DNA of 61,645 nt from Candidatus Poseidoniaceae archaeon. GTDB lineage: Archaea > Thermoplasmatota > Poseidoniia > Poseidoniales > Poseidoniaceae. The notes beneath the pieces were generated by a model that saw only the letters and a program-made list of their open reading frames with translations, had not been told where the DNA came from and did not search any database. Below are positions 58,019-61,645 of the stretch, in pieces (position 1 is the first letter of the stretch; each line of letters begins with the position of its first letter). The translations under genes were made by a program, and so were the position numbers. The stretch lies in assembly GCA_965662895.1 (NCBI GenBank), contig CBFIJH010000013.1, positions 1-61,645 on the forward strand. Direction: 5' to 3'.

Positions 58019-59395
58019 GTCAGCAGCAAAGAACTCGTCAACCAGATGAGCAGTTTGGTCTTTCATTTCTTGATGGTTGGACAACCATGCCGTTGCACGG
58101 TCGATGCACAACTGTTTCATCTCTCCTGCGAGCAAAGAACCAGAACGATACTGTTGATTGAGTTCTTGCAAATACGCATCGTCATCTTCAAAGAAGTACA
58201 TCATGTACTGATAGGCAACATCAATGTCAGGATTGCCACCGATGCGGCGGTGCTCCTCAATGGTCGGTTGCCCTCCCGAAAATGCACGCTTGATCTTCTT
58301 CTCAACCGCCGCAATTTCATCATCAAGGAAGATGGTTGTCTTTGGCTGACTGCTCGACATCTTGTCACCTGTCAATCCAACAGCGAAGTGATGGTAGGTC
58401 GATGATGGAGCAAGCAGTCCTTGACCACCGAGCGAGCGCTCATAAGCCAACATCTGCATTCGAATTCGGTGAATGTCCTGCGAGGTTGCACTTGGAACGT
58501 TGACCATACCTTCCTTCGGATTGGACATAATATCCGAAAAGCCCATGCCTTCAAGATTTGAAACGATACCATCGAAGACGGATTGACGACGTGCACGGTC
58601 AACCCGACCGTTGGGGGCTTGACCCAACACCTCAGCATTCTCATCCTGAACAGAAAGACGAATCTGAGCACCACGACGCTTGCCTGGACCGACATTGAAC
58701 CAATTCGTCTTTCCAGCTAATCCTCGAGTCAATCGAAGGTGTGGATCTTGATCAACGCCTACAGGAACCACGATGGGACGAAGACCACCATAGTCATCCA
58801 ATTGAGGATGTAAGATATCACCAACTTGCACCATTGGAGCTTGAACGTGAGCCAGATTTGTCTCACCTCCAAATCCATAAATCGATTCAAATTCATTCAA
58901 ATTGGTTCGCTTTCCAAGTTGGAATCCAAGTCGTTGAACTGCAGGTCGTTGCGATTGGAAGTACACTTCTGTTGATTCGGAAAGGAGACCAAGTGCAGCA
59001 TAGTTGGCAACATAATCCTCTCGAGCGATTTGTCGACCCTTTGCTAACGAAACGCCACGAGTGGCTTGTGATTCAAGGTCTGCAACAGCAATGGTCACAT
59101 CAGCACCCATCTCCTGATAGTAGCGAACTTGTTCAATCACCATCGAATGACCCAAATGCATTCGACCACTCGGCATCAATCCAGTTAAGACACCAAAGGA
59201 TTCCTTTCGCTGATGGGCTCCAAGAATGACATCAAGATCACGATGGGCGAAAACGATACCACGTCGGTGCAGCTTGGTCGCGTTGGGCAAATCCAAGCCA
59301 TCGAGTGAAGACAATCCAAACTGGTCGATAATTCGACCATAATCCGTGGATTGGTTGCTGCTCCATGGGTCAATACGTACTGAATCGTCACCCAT
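58010..59395 (-). CDS. trpS: tryptophan--tRNA ligase
   Basis: IDPW, PSGRMHLGH, VPVGVDQDPH, KMSSS, AFSGG. Confidence 0.95.
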   Translation of the reverse strand: MGDDSVRIDPWSSNQSTDYGRIIDQFGLSSLDGLDLPNATKLHRRGIVFAHRDLDVILGAHQRKESFGVLTGLMPSGRMHLGHSMVIEQVRYYQEMGADVTIAVADLESQATRGVSLAKGRQIAREDYVANYAALGLLSESTEVYFQSQRPAVQRLGFQLGKRTNLNEFESIYGFGGETNLAHVQAPMVQVGDILHPQLDDYGGLRPIVVPVGVDQDPHLRLTRGLAGKTNWFNVGPGKRRGAQIRLSVQDENAEVLGQAPNGRVDRARRQSVFDGIVSNLEGMGFSDIMSNPKEGMVNVPSATSQDIHRIRMQMLAYERSLGGQGLLAPSSTYHHFAVGLTGDKMSSSQPKTTIFLDDEIAAVEKKIKRAFSGGQPTIEEHRRIGGNPDIDVAYQYMMYFFEDDDAYLQELNQQYRSGSLLAGEMKQLCIDRATAWLSNHQEMKDQTAHLVDEFFAADLS

Positions 59396-59447
59396 GGCTC
59401 ACCCTCCGGATGGCTGCTCAAGTCAAACCGATTAGAAGCCTTCGCCT

Positions 59448-60686
59448 CTATTCCTCTTCATACGGGAGATTTTTGCTGTGCATGAATCCAGCCAGTGGAC
59501 CAATTCCCTCACGTCCGAGAATTCCCATCATTGCAACGATGGTAACAACACCAGCAACCAAGGCAGCATACGGTAGCCATGGCAAACGGCCTTCAACGGT
59601 ACGCGGCGAAAGGAGCCACGTAAATCGTAACTGATCTTCATCATCGAATCGTTTGGACCAGAGGAACAAATCCGTCGTATCATGAGCAGCGATCGTCACT
59701 GCAGCATCGTATCCGTTCCAAAACTGCGTTTGATTGTGGACATCAAAAGAGATGTTTTGTCCATCGAGAACGACCGTCACAATCGTTCCACGCTTGACAG
59801 AAACCAGCAATTCATCTCCATCCATTCGCCACCCTTCAGCCGTCTGACGCTCTCCAGTCAAGTTCGTCATCGATTGACCAAGAACGTCCTGAACATCAAC
59901 AACTGTGGCGTTCTCAAAAGAGAGACGCCAGGTCGCTGGAACGTTCCAAGCATTTGGAGCAACGCTGGTGCATTGTTCCGTAACAATGGATGAGAACGTG
60001 AACGTTGCAGCTTCTTGGTTAAGCTCCTTTGAATGTTCAAAACAACGATTTGCAGTCCAATACGACCATGCTTGACCCCATGTTGTCATCCATGCTTGCG
60101 CATCGTTTTGCAAGTAATTAGCAATGTCTCGATCGTGGCGAATCGTGGCATCATTCACTCGACCAACCCAGTATAGATTGACCAAACCGCCTTCTTCGAC
60201 CGCATTCTGAACGGTTTCAAGACTGCCGATTTCTTTCTCAAGACTGCCACCACGACGACCAATGTTGTACCAATCCCACACATCGTAGGGAACATCGTCA
60301 ACATCATGCCAAGCAGATTCAGTCAAACCAGTCTCATCACCATGCACAACAAAGTCCTGCGAAGCGATGTAATTGTGTTGTGCCATGGTCAAACCATCAG
60401 GAGCATAGGTTGAGAGTGCATTGTCGCCCCACTTCGAAGCTTCTGTGTTGTTCTCAATGTAGGAACGACATTCCTTTGCAACTGCTCCAGGATCGTTGTA
60501 CCACGAATAGCCGGGAACACCATAGCAACCGAACTCATCACCCGACGCTAAGCGTTCATCGGCCAGAGCAGTCGTCAACCAACCGTCTCGCTCCCATTCA
60601 ACATCAGAGACAACAGGTGCTGCAATGGTTGAACTTGCAAACAACCCCAACATCAAGCAAGCTACGATACGTCGTGAACCTGCCAT
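59448..60686 (-). CDS. secreted hypothetical protein with C-terminal TM anchor
   Basis: Signal peptide, Trp-rich globular region, TM near C-terminus. Confidence 0.75.
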   Translation of the reverse strand: MAGSRRIVACLMLGLFASSTIAAPVVSDVEWERDGWLTTALADERLASGDEFGCYGVPGYSWYNDPGAVAKECRSYIENNTEASKWGDNALSTYAPDGLTMAQHNYIASQDFVVHGDETGLTESAWHDVDDVPYDVWDWYNIGRRGGSLEKEIGSLETVQNAVEEGGLVNLYWVGRVNDATIRHDRDIANYLQNDAQAWMTTWGQAWSYWTANRCFEHSKELNQEAATFTFSSIVTEQCTSVAPNAWNVPATWRLSFENATVVDVQDVLGQSMTNLTGERQTAEGWRMDGDELLVSVKRGTIVTVVLDGQNISFDVHNQTQFWNGYDAAVTIAAHDTTDLFLWSKRFDDEDQLRFTWLLSPRTVEGRLPWLPYAALVAGVVTIVAMMGILGREGIGPLAGFMHSKNLPYEEE

Positions 60687-60724
60687 GGCTTTTCCAATCC
60701 AACCCTCTCTTTGAGGTTGGTGTC

Positions 60725-61468
60725 TCAATCAGAAGCTGTCGCAGTATGAATCACAACAGGCAATATTGGACGATCGTAGTCATCAACAGCGACTTCAGAG
60801 AGCGTTGTAACATGCTCACAACCACTGGTAATGGTTCCAAACACAGTGTGCTTTCCATCCAACCATGTGTGTTGCGTGATATCATCAGGCATCAAGAAGA
60901 ACTGGGAGCCACCTGTGTTTGGCATGCTCGTCTTCGCCATCGAGATGGTACAGGAGGTGTGTTCCAGACCGTTGTTTGCTTCATCAGGAACGTTGTAGTA
61001 GACTTGACTTGGACAATCCGATTGGTTCATGACATCACCATCGCAAATGCCGTACCACTTTGCAGCATGGCCACCAGTTCCGTCACCGTTTGTGAAATCT
61101 CCACCTTGAATCATGAAATCATCAATAATCCGATGGAAGGTAACGTTGTTGTAGTTTCCATCGAGTGCATGAGTGCGGAAATTGTCAGCGTGCAGTGGAG
61201 CAAGTATGTGATCCAGTTCAATGGTAATCGTGTAGTTCGCAGTTGCCGTAGTCAAACTCTCACCGTGATAAATTTCGAGTGTAACATTGCTCGTTGCTCC
61301 AAGATAGATATCAAAGTCATACTCTTCCAAGACGTTGTTGACTTCTTCCATCAATTCAGTACATCCAGCTGCAGACATCATCAGAACCGTCAACAATCCA
61401 ACACCGAACATCCGCTTTCCATTTTCAAGGCCGCTCATGAAACTACGAAACCCTTCAAGTATATCCAT
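60725..61468 (-). CDS. cyclophilin-type peptidyl-prolyl isomerase, probable lipoprotein (start uncertain)
   Basis: AAGC lipobox, FHRIIDDFMIQGGD, ISMA, GSQFF, WLDGKHTVFG. Confidence 0.92.
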   Translation of the reverse strand: MDILEGFRSFMSGLENGKRMFGVGLLTVLMMSAAGCTELMEEVNNVLEEYDFDIYLGATSNVTLEIYHGESLTTATANYTITIELDHILAPLHADNFRTHALDGNYNNVTFHRIIDDFMIQGGDFTNGDGTGGHAAKWYGICDGDVMNQSDCPSQVYYNVPDEANNGLEHTSCTISMAKTSMPNTGGSQFFLMPDDITQHTWLDGKHTVFGTITSGCEHVTTLSEVAVDDYDRPILPVVIHTATASD

Positions 61469-61543
61469 TCAGCGATTATCCTACGGTAAAGACACAGGGC
61501 ACGGTGTGTCCTAGGCCTATTTCAAACCTATTCTTATGTTGAT

Positions 61544-61645
61544 TTATTCAATTCCCAACATAATTGAATACAGTTCTTCCACTTCTGTTCTCGAAATATC
61601 CGGATCATTGAATCTCGCCTTGTAATTTACATCTTCAACATCATT
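61544..61645 (-). CDS. 3' end of a hypothetical protein (truncated by window edge), AT-rich
   Basis: Open frame NDVEDVNYKARFNDPDISRTEVEELYSIMLGIE* running in from the window end. Confidence 0.5.
   Translation of the reverse strand, partial: NDVEDVNYKARFNDPDISRTEVEELYSIMLGIE

Noticed and set aside
60380-61489. 369-aa plus-strand ORF
   Set aside because: Antisense to the cyclophilin and adjacent gene; no motifs

Overview
Archaeal chromosomal segment. Gene content and style (DUF3860, bacterial-type RibA and GST, MMPL pairs, giant CARDB surface proteins, aCPSF1-psmB, SepF-ZPR1) point to Marine Group II Euryarchaeota (Poseidoniales); this is an inference, not a computed placement. It is densely coding and mostly housekeeping: translation, RNA modification and turnover, ether-lipid synthesis, arginine/carbamoyl-phosphate metabolism, glycosyltransferases, a VKOR/thioredoxin redox cluster, an archaeosortase and several large single-pass surface proteins. 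It has four tRNAs (Glu-CTC, His-GTG, Lys-CTT, Pro-TGG) and the RNase P RNA. No CRISPR, rRNA or transposase was seen. Two signals stand out. (1) A 1035-aa cytoplasmic protein with Pro-rich repeats, DLL motifs, segments resembling the mu-homology domain of eukaryotic coat adaptors, an EF-hand and a RanBP2-type zinc finger. (2) Several unannotated, strand-specific structured RNA leaders: an H-type pseudoknot before a DEAD-box helicase, a UUCG-capped hairpin burying the aCPSF1 Shine-Dalgarno, and three-way junctions before carbamate kinase and before a 21-aa micro-ORF. All homology calls are by eye.
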